A model generated the notes under the pieces. The model worked only from the letters and a program-made list of their open reading frames with translations, was not told the origin of the DNA and ran no database searches. The position numbers and the translations under genes are program-made. From Isurus oxyrinchus (lineage: Eukaryota), in the NCBI GenBank assembly GCA_026770705.1, contig JANJGN010000052.1, positions 4,030,001-4,094,000 of the forward strand: DNA of 64,000 nt, written 5' to 3'. The stretch's first letter is position 1, and the number at the start of each line of letters is the position of its first letter. Positions 1 to 13,770 of the stretch are shown piece after piece.

Positions 1-560
1 TGGCCTGTTCTCGATGTGGGGGGCATTGAGCACGTACTGGACACCTGCAGGTTCAAGGGGGCAGAATGCCATCACTGCCACAAGAAAGGGGCGGGTAATA
101 AAGCAATGCAGGGTGAAATCGAGACAGCCCATCAGGCAGTGCACCAACATGATGGAAGTGAATAATATCACAGAGCCTGAAGCTGCTGATACCGATGTCT
201 ATTCCCTGTCCAATGTCACAGTGGTAAAAACTGAACCTATAACCATCACAACCCAAGTGAATGGGCAGCCACTAGTAATGGGGCAGATACGGGAGCCTCA
301 GACACAGTGGTGGAAGAGCCCACATTTAAACAGCTAAATGAAGGAACCCAGACGCTGAATTTAGAGCAAACAATGGATCAGCTGAAGACACACACTGGAG
401 AATCCATACAGGGAAAGGACCTCATCCCAGTACCTGTGTCCTACAGGCAGCAGACAGCCCAGCTTCCAGTGATCATAGCGACAGGTGAGGGCCCTAGTCT
501 TCTGGGCCGAGACTGGTTCCAGAAAACCAAGCTCAGCTGCTCTGAAATGTTTCACTGGAG
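1..560 (+). mobile_element. Degenerate Gypsy-type LTR retrotransposon gag-protease fragment
   Basis: Frameshifted translation gives twin zinc knuckles (CSRCGGIEHVLDTC, CHHCHKKG..C), the aspartic protease motif DTGAS and PSLLGRDWF. Confidence 0.8.
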
Positions 561-865
561 GAGTTGCTGAGTTGCTGGGGGAATATGAGAGTGTATCTCG
601 GAATGAGTTTGAAGAATTGAAGCATCCTCACAGGCTGCAAGTGTCCCTCAGGTCAGAGTTGGTTCCACTGGAAAATCCTGAAGAGAAAGAAAGCGAATTC
701 TGTGCCGCTCTGAGCAAACTGAAGAAACAGTTGGCAGGGAAGACCCAACCATGTCCAATGTTCCAGGAGGAAGGCAAGAGATACAAGGAAGAGACTGAAG
801 AGCTGAAGATTCAGCTGAATGAAACCAAAGAGGCAGTTACAGTATCACAACAAGTTTACAGTGCA

Positions 866-1100
866 GAAGGAGGCCATTCAGCCCCTTGAGCCTGTTACAC
901 AGGAACAGGAGGAGGCCATTCAGCCCCCTCGAGCCTGTTACACAGGAACAGGAGGAGGCCATTCAGCCCCTTGAGCCTGTTACACAGGAACAGAAGGAGG
1001 CCATTCAGCCCCCTCAAGACTGTTACACAGAAACAGGAGGAGGCCATTCTGCCACTTATGTCCGTTATACAGGAACAGGAGGAGGCCATTCAGCCCCTTG
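866..1100 (-). repeat. About 42-bp minisatellite derived from a CR1 3' terminus
   Basis: Unit ggaggccattcagccccttgagcctgttacacaggaacagga, 5-6 copies; resembles the reverse complement of the CR1 tail at about 3753-3795. Confidence 0.8.
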
Positions 1101-1484
1101 TAGGGTGTGGTGGTGTGTGTCAGCTTCACCTGCGACTTCTGAGCCGTCTGAATCACTCCCAATCCCTGGGTTCTAGACCTTGGACTTATTCGGGGCTTGT
1201 CACAAAGTGCAGCAGACAACTGGTTTTGGTGCAAGACAAAAACTGAGTTTACTGAAGTCACAAATGAACTTATAACATTAGGATGACACTGAGATTATAC
1301 AGACTTACAAAGTACACTGAGTTAAGAATGGGGAACACACGGCATAACGAGGGAGAATCACGCTACTAATGCCCTTACCCTTGTCCCACCACCAAACCCT
1401 AACTAAATTGCACTAGGAGAGGTCAAGGGTCATGCTCACCAACCCAGGGTTCCTTGACAGTTGGAAATTTTGAGAACCCTTCAA

Positions 1485-2105
1485 GAGATGGGGAGGGTTA
1501 CAGGGGCTGGAGGAGGTTACAGAGATAGGGAGGGTTGTAGGGGCTGGAGGAGGTTACAGAGATAAGGAGTGTTGTAGGGGCTGGAGGAGGTTACAGAGAT
1601 AGGGAGGGTTGTAAGTGCTGGAAGCTGTTCCAGAGATAGGGAGGGTTGTAGGGGCTGGAGGAGGTTACAGGTATAGGGAGGGTTGTAGGGGCTGGAGGAT
1701 GACACAGAGATAGGGCGAGTTGCAGGGGGTGGAGCAGGTTGTAGAGATAGGGAGGGTTGTAGGGACTGGAAGAGATTACAGAAATAGGGAGGGTTGTGGT
1801 GGTTGGAGGATGTTACAGAGATGGGCAGGATTGTCAAGGCTGGTGGAGGCTTGGGAGATTATTAGGGTTACAGTGGCTAGAGGAGGTGACATGTATAGGG
1901 GTGTTGTCGGGCTGGAGGTTGTTACAGGGATAGGGAGGATTGTATGGGCTTGTGAAGGAGGTTACAGATATAGGGAGGGTTGTGGGAGGTGGAGGAGGTT
2001 ACAGAGATGGGGAGGATTGTAGGGGCAGGTGGAGGTTACAGAGATAGGGAGGGTTGTAGGGGCTGGAGGAAAGGGACAGAGAGAGGAGGTTACAGATATA
2101 GGGAG
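1485..2105 (-). repeat. 37-bp minisatellite (L2-derived)
   Basis: Unit gttacagagatagggagggttgtaggggctggaggag in tandem, degenerate in the middle. Confidence 0.85.
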
Positions 2106-2257
2106 GGAGACAGTCAGAGAGAGAGCCTCCAGGAGATAGAGAGCGATAGAGAGATTGAGAGACAGACAGAGACTGAGAGAGGGGGAAGAGAGAAGGAGAG
2201 TGAGAGAGAGAGAGAGCGATTGTGAAAGATGGTGGAAGGGAAGAGTGGGGAGGAGGG

Positions 2258-2610
2258 GGCCTGATGGTATTTTCGCTGGACCAGTAATCCAGAGACCCAG
2301 TGTAATGCTCCTGGGACCCTGGTTAGAATCTCACCACAGCAGTTGGTGGAATTTCAATTCAATAAAAACCTGGAATTAAAAGTCCGATGATGACCAGGAA
2401 ACCATTGCTGATTCTTGTATTTGGGTCACAAATGCCCTTTAGGGAGGGAAATCTGCTGTCCTTACCTGGTCTGGCCTACATGAGACTCCAGACCCACAGC
2501 AATGTGGTTCACTTTTAAAAAGTGGCCTCTGAACAAGGGCAATTAGGGTTGGGCAATAAATGCTGGCCTAGGCAGTGATGTCCACATCACATGAAAGAAT
2601 GAAATAAAAG
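2258..2610 (+). mobile_element. SINE sharing its 3' tail with a CR1-clade LINE
   Basis: tRNA-like head and tail agggcaattagggttgggcaataaatgctggcc; related copies at about 10930-11260(-), 35500-35650 and 37040-37305. Confidence 0.7.
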
Positions 2611-3179
2611 GACAGAGAGGGACAGACAGAGTCGAGAGACACCCAGAATGAAAAAAAACACAGTAAACACTGGAAAATAAACATTCTGGTCTGATCTGGT
2701 CTTGTATACCTTCAAATGGAACACCAGTAAAACAGGGAAATAAGAGTACTGGGCCAAACTGTTAGAGAGGGTCACATTTAGAGAGAGAGAGAGAGAGAGA
2801 GAAAGAGGGAGACACTGAAAGAGATAAGGACAAGGAAAGAAAGAGTGAGAGAGAGAGAGACAGACAGAGACACACAAAGAAGTAGAAAGAAAGTGATAGA
2901 GATGAAGCAGGAGAGAATGAGGAGAAAGATAGATAGATAGAGAGAGAGGATGGTAGAGAAAGAGAACGAGAGGAAAAGAGACAAAGGCAGAATGTGATGG
3001 AACACTGAATCCTTGTCTATGCATTTTGAAATCCAGCCCAGAACTATCATTGGAAGATTCAGCGAGTGTCCAGTACAGGGGACCCAGCCCAACCTTCTCA
3101 TCCTGACCTTCCCAGTGGGGCTGAAGAGGGCAGAGAGGAAACCTTCCTCTGTTATTCTGTTGTCGAATAAACACAACAA

Positions 3180-3795
3180 TTCTGGAACTCTGCCCTTTCT
3201 ATCTCACGGATTAGAATATAAGGGGGCAGAGGTCATGCTTCAGTCTACATAAAGCCCTGGCTAGACCACACCTGGAGTCACTGTGAGACATTCTGGGCCC
3301 CACACCTTAGGAAGGATATATTGACCTCGGAGGGAGAGCAGTGTCAGTTTACCAGAATGAGACCGGGACTCCAAGGGTTAAATCACAAGGAGAGATTAAA
3401 CACAAACTCGGCTTGTATTCCCTGGAAGTTAGAATGTTAAGCAGGAGATTTGATGAAAGTTCGCATGATAATAAGGGGAACAGATCGGGGGCGATAAAGA
3501 GAAACCATTTCCCCTGGTTGGGGGGAGTCTGGGACTCAGGGTCAGAGCCTAAAAAGGAATTAAATTAGGAAGTACAAAGGGTGGGAGAAATTTGGAACTC
3601 TCTTCCCCAAACAGGAACTGATGCACGATCAAGTTGTTCATTTTAAACCTGTGAGACTGATAGATTTTTGTTATCCAAAGGTATTAAAGGAGATGGGACA
3701 AAGCCATATGGGGCTAGTTTGCAGATCAGCCATGATCTCATTGAATGGTGGAGCAGGCTCGAGGGGCCAAATGGCCTCCTCCTACCCTCATGTAA
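3180..3795 (+). mobile_element. CR1 LINE 3' fragment
   Basis: Degenerate ORF2 C-terminus (gaccacacctggag..., LGLYSLE) and tail cagccatgatctcattgaatggtggagcaggctcgagggg. Confidence 0.8.
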
Positions 3796-4681
3796 TAGAA
3801 ACTTACCTGTCAGAAGCCAGTTTATGTTGATGTGAGTCTGAGTCGATGACTGAACCCAGTTGGTAACTTGTTCCATACAAAGCAAGAACGTTCATGCCCT
3901 TCAATGTTCCTGGATAAACCATGAACAAAGCTGGTGACAGACAGTCTCCACATGGTAAACAGTTAACCCCTAAACCTCAGCGTAAATCAGTTCCCCCTCG
4001 AGGCCCCTTGTCCAAAATAAAAGCAACGCACACAATTTGTAAAATAGTAAGTGTAGCAATGAGAGGAGTAAGGGGTTAGGGGGCATGCGGTTCACCTGAT
4101 TTGCCGACATAAGAACCAGCCCCTCTGTTTTTGCTATGTTGTGTTGCGTCAATATGAACACATATCTGCACAAGGTGAAGGGCGTTGCGGAGGGACTGAT
4201 AGTTCTCGGTGCCAGACAGTCAATGTCCCAGTGACCTTACTGCTGGTCCCAGGCCAGTGGGACAGGGAACATCGACACTGCAATATCCAGAAATGGGTGT
4301 GATACCACACAGCAACCCGCCCCCGGCTGTCCCCTTCAAGTGTTTCAGGTATAAGAGCAGGAAGCTCCTCTAGTTACAAACCAAAGCATCAAAGCAGAGC
4401 CAGAAGATCAGAAGAGACAGGCAGAGATGGGAAGCTCCCAGATGAAATGGCGACTTGTCTTGTTCACTCTGACTTTGCTGCTCTCCCTGCAGCTGAGTCA
4501 CTTCTTCTCCTTGTCGAGGGTAAGCTAAGAGATGTCCCTCTGGGTGAGGTGTTTCTTGCACATGACTCTACGTCTACCACCCAGATAGACTGGTCTCTTC
4601 CGCAGTTTGATATTATTATGTTCGTGCCTTTAATATTGTCGCCCTCTATGAATTTAACATCATTTCCTTCTGTCGTTTCCC

Positions 4682-5575
4682 CTGAAATTCTCATTCTTGT
4701 TTTCAATCCCTCCTCAGCCACTCCCTATCTCTGTAACCTCCACCAGGCCTTACAACCCTCCCTATCTCTGTAACCTCCTCCAGCCCCTACACCCCTCCCT
4801 ATCTCTGTAACCTCCTCCAGCCGCTACAACCCTCCCTATATCTGTAACCTCCTCCAGCCCCTACAACAATCCCTATCTCTGTAACTTCCTCCAGCCCCTA
4901 CAACTGTCCCTATCTCCGTAACCTCCTCCAGCCCCTACAACCCTCCCTATCTCTGTAACCTCCTCCAGCCCCTATAAACCTCCCTATCTCTGTAACCTCC
5001 TCCAGCCCCTACAACCCTACCTATCTCTGTAACCTCCCCCAGGCCCCACAACCCTCATGATCACTGTAACCTCCTCTAGACCCTACAACCCTCCCTATCT
5101 CTGTAACCTGCTCCAGACCCTACAACCCTCCCTATCTCTGTAACCTCCTCCAGGCCCTACAACCCTCCCTATCTCTGTAACCTCCTCCAGGCCCCACGAC
5201 CCTCAGAATCACTGTAACCTCCTCCAGCCCCTACAATGCTCATGAACTCTATAACGTCCTCTCCACACTATAACTCTCCCTATCTCTGTAACCTACTGTG
5301 GCCCCTACAACAGTATCTACTTTGGTAACCTCCTCCAGCCTCTACAACCCTCCCTACCTCTGTAACCTCCTCCAGCCCCCACAACCCCCCCCATCTCTTT
5401 AACCTCCTACAGCCCCTACTCACCTCCCTATCTCTGTAACCTCCTACAGCCCCTACAACCTTCCCTATCTCTGTCACCTCCTACAGCCTCTAGAACCCTC
5501 CCTATCTCTGTTACCTCCTACAGCCTCTACAACCCTCCCTATCTCTGTAACCTCCTCCAGCCGGAACAACCCTAC
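4682..5575 (+). repeat. 37-bp minisatellite expanded from an L2 ORF2 3' segment
   Basis: L2-like lead-in (aaattctcattcttgttttcaatccct) followed by about 23 copies of ctccctatctctgtaacctcctccagcccctacaacc. Confidence 0.9.
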
Positions 5576-5629
5576 CTAAATCTCTGGTCTGAGTCTCACT
5601 CCAGGGAATTCAGTCCCATAACGTCGGTC

Positions 5630-6230
5630 AACACTCCGTGCTGAGGGAGTGCTGGACTGTCAGAGGGTCAGTAGTGTGGAAGTGTTGCACTATTGGAGGG
5701 ACAGTACTGAGTGAGTGCTATACTGTCGGAGGTCAGTACTGAGGAAGTGCTGCATTGTTACAGGGTCAGTACTGTGGAAGTGTTGCACTGTCGGAGGGTC
5801 AGTACTGAGGTAGCGCTGCACTGACGGAGGGACAATACTGTGGGAGTGCAGCACTATCGAAGGGTTAGTACTGAGGGAGTGCTGCAGTGTCAAAGGGTTA
5901 GTACTGAGGGAGCACAACAATGTTGAATGAGACATTAAACCGAGTCCCCCGTCTGCCCTCTCGGGCGGGTGTGAAAGATCCCACAGCCACTATTTGGAGG
6001 AAGAGCAGGGGGTGTTCTCCCCGGTGTCCTGGGACCAATATTTATCCCTCACCCAACATCACCAAAAGCAGATGATCTAGGCCATGATCACATTGCTATT
6101 TGTGGGATCTTGCTGTGCACAAATCAGCTGCCACATTTCCTACAGTGTGAGTGCACTTCAAAAACATCCTTCAGTGGCTGTGAAATGCTTTGGGATGTGG
6201 TGAAAGGCGTTAGAGAAATGCAAGTCTGTC
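5630..6230 (+). mobile_element. DeuSINE-like SINE with an internally expanded 33-bp unit
   Basis: 33-bp units, then Deu-domain-like gagacattaaaccgag...aaagatccca...ccccggtgtcctgg and an L2-like tail. Confidence 0.7.
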
Positions 6231-7914
6231 CTCCTCCCCCTCTCTCTCCTGTACCTCTCTCTCTCTCTCTCCCTCTCCCTCAATCCTCCTCTCACTTTCT
6301 CCCTGATAAATTCTTTCTTTTTGCAGGTTGACACTGCTTTAGGTTCTTCGACGATTGAGAAATCTGTGGATTCCCCGGACACGGTAGGTGGAAATTCATT
6401 CCTTATTTTAAGGTTTCTCCCTGCTCGTTTCTTCCACAGAAAGTTTTCTGATTTCAAGCTGATTTCAGTGGCAGTCTGTCTCGGTTATACTCAGGAGGCA
6501 TGTTTGAAATCGAGCCCCCCCCCCCCCCCTTTTTTTTGCAAAGCTGGGAAGAGGCAATTCCAAGGAAGTGAACATATCCCCACAGGAATTTTAAATGTAA
6601 CCCACGCCGGGAATAGTGAGAGGGAGACTGATCCAGCCTGGGAGTGGGTTAAAGAGAGGCTGGGAGTCGAGAGTCGGAGAGAGGGATGGAATGGGGGAGG
6701 GAGGGATTGGAAGAGAGAGACAGAGAGTGGGACGGGGAGGGGTGAAAGGGAAAGAACATAGGTGGGAGAGAGTGACAGAGGGAGAAATTAAAGAAGAGAT
6801 GCAGAGTGAGGGAAAGTGAAAAGAGAAGAGAGATTGTCCAAGAGAGAGAAATTAACAGGAAAGGGAGAGTTACAGAGTGAGCGAAAGGTACAAAAATAGT
6901 GTGAGAGAGAGGGAGAGATACAGAGTGGGAGAAGGAGACAGGGGAGAGAGAGGGAGAGAGACAGGAAAAGGGAGAGAGGAGAGAAAGATTGGGAGAGAGG
7001 GCAATTGAGAGGAAGAGTAGGAGAGAGAGACAGGGAGAGGAGGAGTGGATGAGAGGAAGAGAGAGAGAGATATGGAGCAGGAGAACACCTCCTCCGGTCC
7101 CGATGTTCCTCCAAAATCTCTGAAATTCCTGCATCTCCCGGGTCCCCCTGATTCCCATCGCTCCACCATTGGTGGCCGTGCCTTCAGCTGCCTGGGGCCC
7201 TGAGCTCCGGAATACCCTCCCTTAACCTCTCTGCCTCTCTCTCTCTCTCTCCTTAAAGACGCTCCTTAAAAACTGACATCTTTGACCAAGCTTTTGGTCA
7301 CCTATCCCTAATATCTCCATATGTGACTCAGTGTTAGACTTCTCTCTGATTTACGCTCCGGTAATGTGGGCTGGGACATTTTGCAATGTCAGAGGCGCTG
7401 TGTAAATGCAAGTTGTGAGTGTTATGTGGAAGGGAGACCCCAGGCGGCAGTCAGTGCCAGAGACTGGAGTCATTGTGCGCAGACCGTATCTAATCTCTCC
7501 GAATGCACAATCGGTTTGACTGTCAGCCAAAGCACTTTTGATATTTGATCCTTCTAACTGTTTATAACCAGGCCTACATCATACACCGTGAGGCTGGTTA
7601 ATCAACAGACACCTTAGAGGATTGAGTGAAAGACAAAGAGGACTTGCATTTCTCTAGCGCCTTCCAACACATCAGGACGTCCCAAAGTGTTTCGCAGACA
7701 ATCAAGTGCTTTTTTTCTTTCATGTGAGGTCACTGATGTACTGTGGGAAAAGAATCAGCCATTGGCGCACTGTAAGATCCCACAGACAGCAGCATGATAA
7801 TGACCAGTGCGCTCCCAGTACTTGCACTGCAAGTGTCAGTTCAGGGTGTCTGCTCGATTCTCTGCAACTCTCAGCTCTGAGTTAAAAGGACCACCAGGCA
7901 TAATTGAGAAATTA

Positions 7915-8530
7915 CCGAGCTGTCGGAGGGTCAGTACCGGCGGGGGGGCAGGACAGTCGGAGGGTCAGTACTGAGGGGGTGCTGCATTGTCAGACGGTCA
8001 GTCTTGGAGTGCTGCACTGTCAGAGGGTCAGTACCGGCGGGGGACTGCACAGTCGGAGGGTCAGTACTGAGGGGGTGCTGCATTGTCAGACGGTCAGTAC
8101 TGAGGGAGTGCTGCACAGTCGGAGGGTCAGTACTGAGGGGGTGCTGCACTGTTGAAGGCGCTGTCTTTCAGATGAGATGTTAAACTGAGACAACATCTGC
8201 CCTCTCAGATGGATGTAGAGGATTCCATGGCCACAATTTAGATGAAGTGCGTCAGGAGTTGGGTGTATGTGTGGAGGGGGTGGTGGGGGGTGGATGGGTG
8301 GAGTTATGTCCGCTTTCCTGGGGCAAACATTTATCCCTCAACTGACATTGGTAAAAAACTGAAAATCGGGGCCATTATCACATTTCTGTTTGTGGGATCT
8401 TGCTGTGCGTGAATTGCCTGCTGCGTTTCCTACATTACAGCGGTGAGCTCACTTCAGAAAAAGTCCTTCCTTCAGCTGTGGAACACTTTGGGCCATCCTG
8501 AGGAGGGGAAAGGCGCTATAGAAATGCGCC
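7915..8530 (+). mobile_element. DeuSINE-like SINE with a 33-bp array
   Basis: Same architecture as 5630-6230. Confidence 0.7.
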
Positions 8531-9039
8531 ATCCTCCTTCCAATGACGCGCCTGATTGAAATGATGCCTTCTTTCTTTCCGGAATGTTCTCACCTATTGT
8601 CCTCCTGCTTTTCCAGGGCTCCTTGCTGCAGCGCCAGAAGAGAATGGGCAGACAGCAGCTCTGCAGATTCTGCTGTAACTGCTGTAATTGGAGAGAACCA
8701 AATGAGACTTGTGGTCTCTGCTGTAGATATTAGACCCTGGCCTCATTCACGCAAGGTCATCCTGCACCATGCCACAGCCTCTCCCCTCCTTATCTACTGC
8801 TTAGCAATCTATTTCACACAGGCCCTGTTCATTAATTCCAACTGAAACTTTACCTGCGTTTTACAGCAGGGAAAGAAGCCATTTGGCCCATCTGCTCCAT
8901 GCTGGTGTTTCTGCTCCACACGAGTCTCCGCCCACCCCTTCTCCATCTCACCCCATCACCATATCCTTCTATTCATTTCTCCCTCGTGTGTTTATCCAGC
9001 TTCCCCTTAAATACATCGACACTATTCACCTCACGTGAC

Positions 9040-9430
9040 TGTGTTTGTGTCTGTCTTTATGAGCGTGTGTGTGTGTGTGTGTGTGTGACTGTCAATATGT
9101 GTGTGTCAATGTGAATGTGTGTGATTGTGTCAGCGTGTGTGTGTGTATGTGTGACTGTCAGTGCGTGTCAATGTGAATGTGTGTGATTGTGTCAGCGTGT
9201 GTGTGTGTGTGTGTGTGTGTGACTGTGTCAGTGTGTGTCAATGTGAATGAGTGAGTGTGTCAGTGTGTCTGTGTGGGTGTGTGTGACTGTGTCAGTGTGT
9301 GTCAATGTGAATGAGTGAGTGTGTCAGTGTGGGTGTGTGTGACTGTGTCAGTGTGTGTCAATGTGAATGAGTGAGTGTGTCAGTGTGTCTGTGTGGGTGT
9401 GGGTGTGTGAGTGTGCAAGTGAATGTGTGA
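9040..9430. repeat. Compound (GT)n microsatellite
   Basis: GT runs with recurring gtcaatgtgaatg spacers. Confidence 0.9.
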
Positions 9431-11269
9431 GGAATCTTATGACTAAGTCATTTGAATGGATGTTACTGGGGTTAATGATAGTTAAAATTCAGAGAGATGT
9501 AAAGCGGGCTCCTGATTTTGCTGCTTTATGCTCCCGGGCACAGATTCACCCCGACAATGTGTTCATGATTCACCATTATCTTGTCGGGACTTTAATTGTA
9601 AAGATTATGATTTGTGAAAAAAAATGAATAAACAACTTTTGTCTTCACAAAGTGTCTGGCTTGGTATTTCAGGCTACTTGTCTCTCCCTCACCCTCCCCC
9701 CCCCACCATGCCCCCCACACCAGGGAACAATTGTCCCCCCTTCCTCTGAAGTTCGGGGTAAAGATCAGCTTTGTTCAATGCAAGCTGTTCCGACATCGAG
9801 AACGTTGTTACAAATATCTCACAAAGGGCACACGCCATGATAGCCCACTTTCAACAGATTTTACCAGTTGACCAGGTTGAAAACCTTTTCATAAACCACA
9901 ACGTAGGTGTTCAATTCTTGCTGCTGTTTGCTTAATGTTCTCATAACTGCTATAACCTCTCTAGTTCCACTACATAACAACACCAACATAAATAAACAGA
10001 AGCAGGAGTAGGCCTTTTGGCCCCCCCAAGCCAGCTTGTCCATTCAATTTGAACCTGGCTCCTGCTGAAAGTTATTTAAGTTGAAGCGATAAAGCCATCA
10101 GGTGCAGGGATTAAAATGTAAGCAAAGGAAAAATAATACTTAGACATGAGATTTAAAATCAGTTTCTGTGAAGAATCATACTGAGGCCATTGCTCTGGAT
10201 TCCTTCTTTCCAGAGTGAAGGGTTTAAAACTAGGAGTCACATTCAGCAGCTGCGTTGTCTTCTCTAGTTGACTATTTGGAGGTTGCCTGTAGATGTGAAT
10301 CAGCAGGTCAGCAGCTTTGGGGAGTGAGTGAAGGTCCCTTTTATTTACAGGATCTGCCACAGGGTGTGCAGGAATATTCCTGCTGAATTCTCCATCCTTG
10401 CATTCATGAAGGGTTTGAAACTGGAAGTCATATTCAGCAGCTGCAATGGCCTCTGTAGCCAACTGTCTGGAGGTTGCCTGTACAGGTGGACTCAGCAGGT
10501 CAACAGCTTTGTAGGGCGGGGGGGTGCATGGGTAGTGAAGGTCCCTTTACTTTAAAGGCTCTGCCAGTGCAACACTTGATGATCCTGGGTCAAAATCATG
10601 TATCACCCTCCCCAACAGCACTGTGGATGTGCCCTATGGAGGTTCCTTGGCTTCGACAAGCAGCCTACCAGCTCTGCTCTCAATTCCTCTTCGCACTTGC
10701 TTCCTTCCTCCTCTGGTCTTTACTTTGTTATAGTGTTAGTGTCCGCTCTGCCTTTTTTGTAGCTTTCCCAATTCTTCCCACCAACTCTCTCTGGCTTGAT
10801 CCTTCTCTGTGCTCATCTCATTGGTTTGGGTTTCTATCCGTTCATTGACCTGGTGTAATCTGAAACTGGTGCAATCAGGTAGGGTTGGGGGGGTTGGCGC
10901 TGGCCGTGGGTGGTGATACACGGCTACCTTTTTATCAAAATTCTTTCACGGGATGTGGACAGCGTTTGTTACCTGTTCCTGACTGAGCCCTGGAGAAGGG
11001 GGTGCTGAGCTGCCTTTTCGAAGTGCTGCAGTTCGCCTGGTTTGACTGGTCTGTGGCGGGTTTTGATATAACTCAGTGGCTTGCTCGGCCATTTCAGGGG
11101 CCAGTTAAGAGTCAACCACATTGCTGTGGGTCAGGAGTCACACGTAGGCCAGAATGGGTAAGGACGGCAGGTTTCCTTCCCCAAAGGGCATTAGTGACCC
11201 AGATGGGTTTTTGCAACAATTGGCCTTAGTTTCATGGTCACCATTACTGAGACTAGCTTCGCATTCCAG

Positions 11270-12350
11270 ATGTCACATCCAGTCGTGGACAATCAAACAA
11301 CTCACTGGAGGAGGAGTCTCCACAAATATCCCCATCCTCAATGATGGAGGAGCCCAGCACATCGGTGCAAAAGACAAGACTGAAGCATGCGCAACAATCT
11401 TCAGCCAGAAGTGCTGAGTGGGTGATCCATCTCGGCCTCCTCCGGAGGTCCCCAGCATCAGAGATGCCAATCTTTAGCCAATTCGATTAATTCCACGTGA
11501 TATCAAGAAAGGGCTGAAGGCACTGGATATTGTAAATGCTCCAGGCCCTGAAAATATTCTGGCAATAGTACTGAAGACTTGTGCTCCAGAACTTGCTGCA
11601 CCCCTAGCCAAGCTTTTCTGGAATTTTCTAGTACAGCTGCAACACTGGCAACTACCCGGCTATGGGGTACGTCCTGTACACAAAAAGCAGGACAAATCCA
11701 ACCCAGCCAATTCCCCAGCAGTCTATTCTTGATCATTACTAAAGTGATGGAAGGGGTCATCAACAGCGCTTTCAAGCAGCACCTGCTTAGCAAGAACCTG
11801 CTCACTGACGCTCAGTTTGTGTTCCACCAGGATCATTCAGCTCCTGGCCTCATTACAGCCTTGGTTCAAACATGCACAAAGGAGCTGAACTCCAGAGGTG
11901 AGAGTGACTGTCCTTGACATCAAGGCAGCATTTGACTGAGTGTGGCAAATCAAGGAGCCCGAGCAAAACTGGAGTCAATGGGAATCGGGGGAAAACTCTG
12001 TGCTGCTTGGAGTCATACCCAGCACAAAGGACGATGGTTGTGATTATTGGGGGTCAATCATCTCAGTTCCAGGACATCACTGCAGGAGTTACTCAGGGTA
12101 GTGTCCTAGGCTCAAACATCTTCAACTGCTTCATCAATGTCCTTCCTTCCATCATAAGGTCAGAAGTGGGGATGTTTGCTGATGTTTGCACAATGTTCAG
12201 CATCATTCATGGCTCCTCAGATACTGAAGCAAGTTATGTCCAAATGCAGCAAGACCTGGACAACATCCAGGCTTGGGCTGACAGGTGATAAGTAACATTC
12301 ATGCCACACAAGTGCCAGGCAATGACCAGCTCCAACAAGAGAGAATCTCA
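11270..12350 (+). mobile_element. CR1-clade LINE reverse-transcriptase fragment
   Basis: Frameshifted RT motifs GVTQGSVLG, MFADVCT and QQDLDNIQAWAD. Confidence 0.9.
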
Positions 12351-12829
12351 CTGAAGGTGCAGAAAATTTGGATTTATTTTAAAGAGCCAGCCAGGACCAG
12401 CAGCTAGGGTGACAAAGCGTACACAGACAATCACATCCTTACGTGAAAGCTAAAAACCTGTACAAAGGGTTCAGCTGTAAATTTGCAATGAGGAAATGGG
12501 AGACACACACACAAGGACACAGGGTTACTCAATCAAGAAATGGGGAAGGTTATTTCATACCGTCCATTGGCCTTGAACCACATCCAGTCAGCCTCCGGAA
12601 ACCTTTTGTAGGGAACAAACATAGATTCTTTGCTGTCTCAAAAGGACAATAGCCAGTCTCTGCCCTGTAATTACTGTACAAGAACACAATTATCAACCCA
12701 CCGGAGGGTCATTGTGCTGTGGCCTTTGTCTAACTAATACCATTACCTTGTAACTGAGAGTAAAAAATATATAAACTGTGCTCATTTGAACCTCGGTGGA
12801 GAAGCACCTGGACTGCCCAGGAATGGCGG

Positions 12830-13770
12830 CTAAATGAGCTGCTGACACAAAGATAGGTTGGAAAGTAAATTGTGAAGAGGATGTAAAGTGGTTAGAAAGT
12901 GACATCGATAGGTTAAGTGAGTGGGCAAAGATCTGACAAATGGTGTATAATGTGGGCGCATGTGAAATTGTTCATTTTGTCACAAAGAACAAGAAGGAAG
13001 ATTATTATCTAAAAGGTGAGAGATTGCAGAGCTCTGAGATGCAGAGGGATCTGGGTGTCCTCGTGCATGAATCACAAAAGGCTGGTTTGCAGATACAGCA
13101 GGTCAATCGGAAAGCTAATGGGATGTTATAATTTACTGTGGGGGAATTGAATAGAAAAGTAGGGAGGTTACGTTCAGTTGTACAGGGCACTGGTGAGACC
13201 ACAACTGGAGTACTCTGTACAGTAAGGTCACTTTACTTAAAGAAAGATGTAAATGCATTAGAAGCAGTTCAGAGAAGGTTTACTTGACTAATACCAGGAT
13301 TGGGCGGGTTGTCTTATGAGGTCAGGTTGGACAGGTTAGGCTTGTATCCACTGGAGTTTAGAAGAGTAAGAGGCAACTTAATTAAAACCTTTAAGATCCA
13401 GGTGAGTCTTGACAGGGTGGATATGGAGAGGATGTTCCCTCTTGTGTGAGAATCTAGAACTAGGGGGTCATGGTTTAAAAATAAGGGGTCGCTCATTTAA
13501 GATAGAGATGAGGCGAAATGTTTTCTCTCAGAGGGTAGTAAGTCTTTGGAACACTCTGCCTCAAAAGGCAGTGGAAACAGGGTCTTTGAATATTTTTAAG
13601 GCAGAGCTAGATAGATTCTTGATTAACAAGGGGGTGAAAGGTCATTGGGGGTAGCCAGGAATGTGAGGTTGAGGTGACAATCAGATCAGCCATGATCTTA
13701 CTGAATGGCGGAGCAGGTTCGAGGGGCGAGTGACCTACTCCTGATCCTAACTCAGATATCCATATGTTCT
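12830..13770 (+). mobile_element. CR1 LINE 3' fragment
   Basis: QRDLGVLVHESQK and FSQRVVSLWNTLP, plus a CR1 3' tail. Confidence 0.9.

Noticed and set aside
485-1246. Coiled-coil and QEQEEAIQP-repeat ORFs as host genes
   Set aside because: Adjacent to a decayed Gypsy fragment and running into the CR1-derived 42-bp repeat
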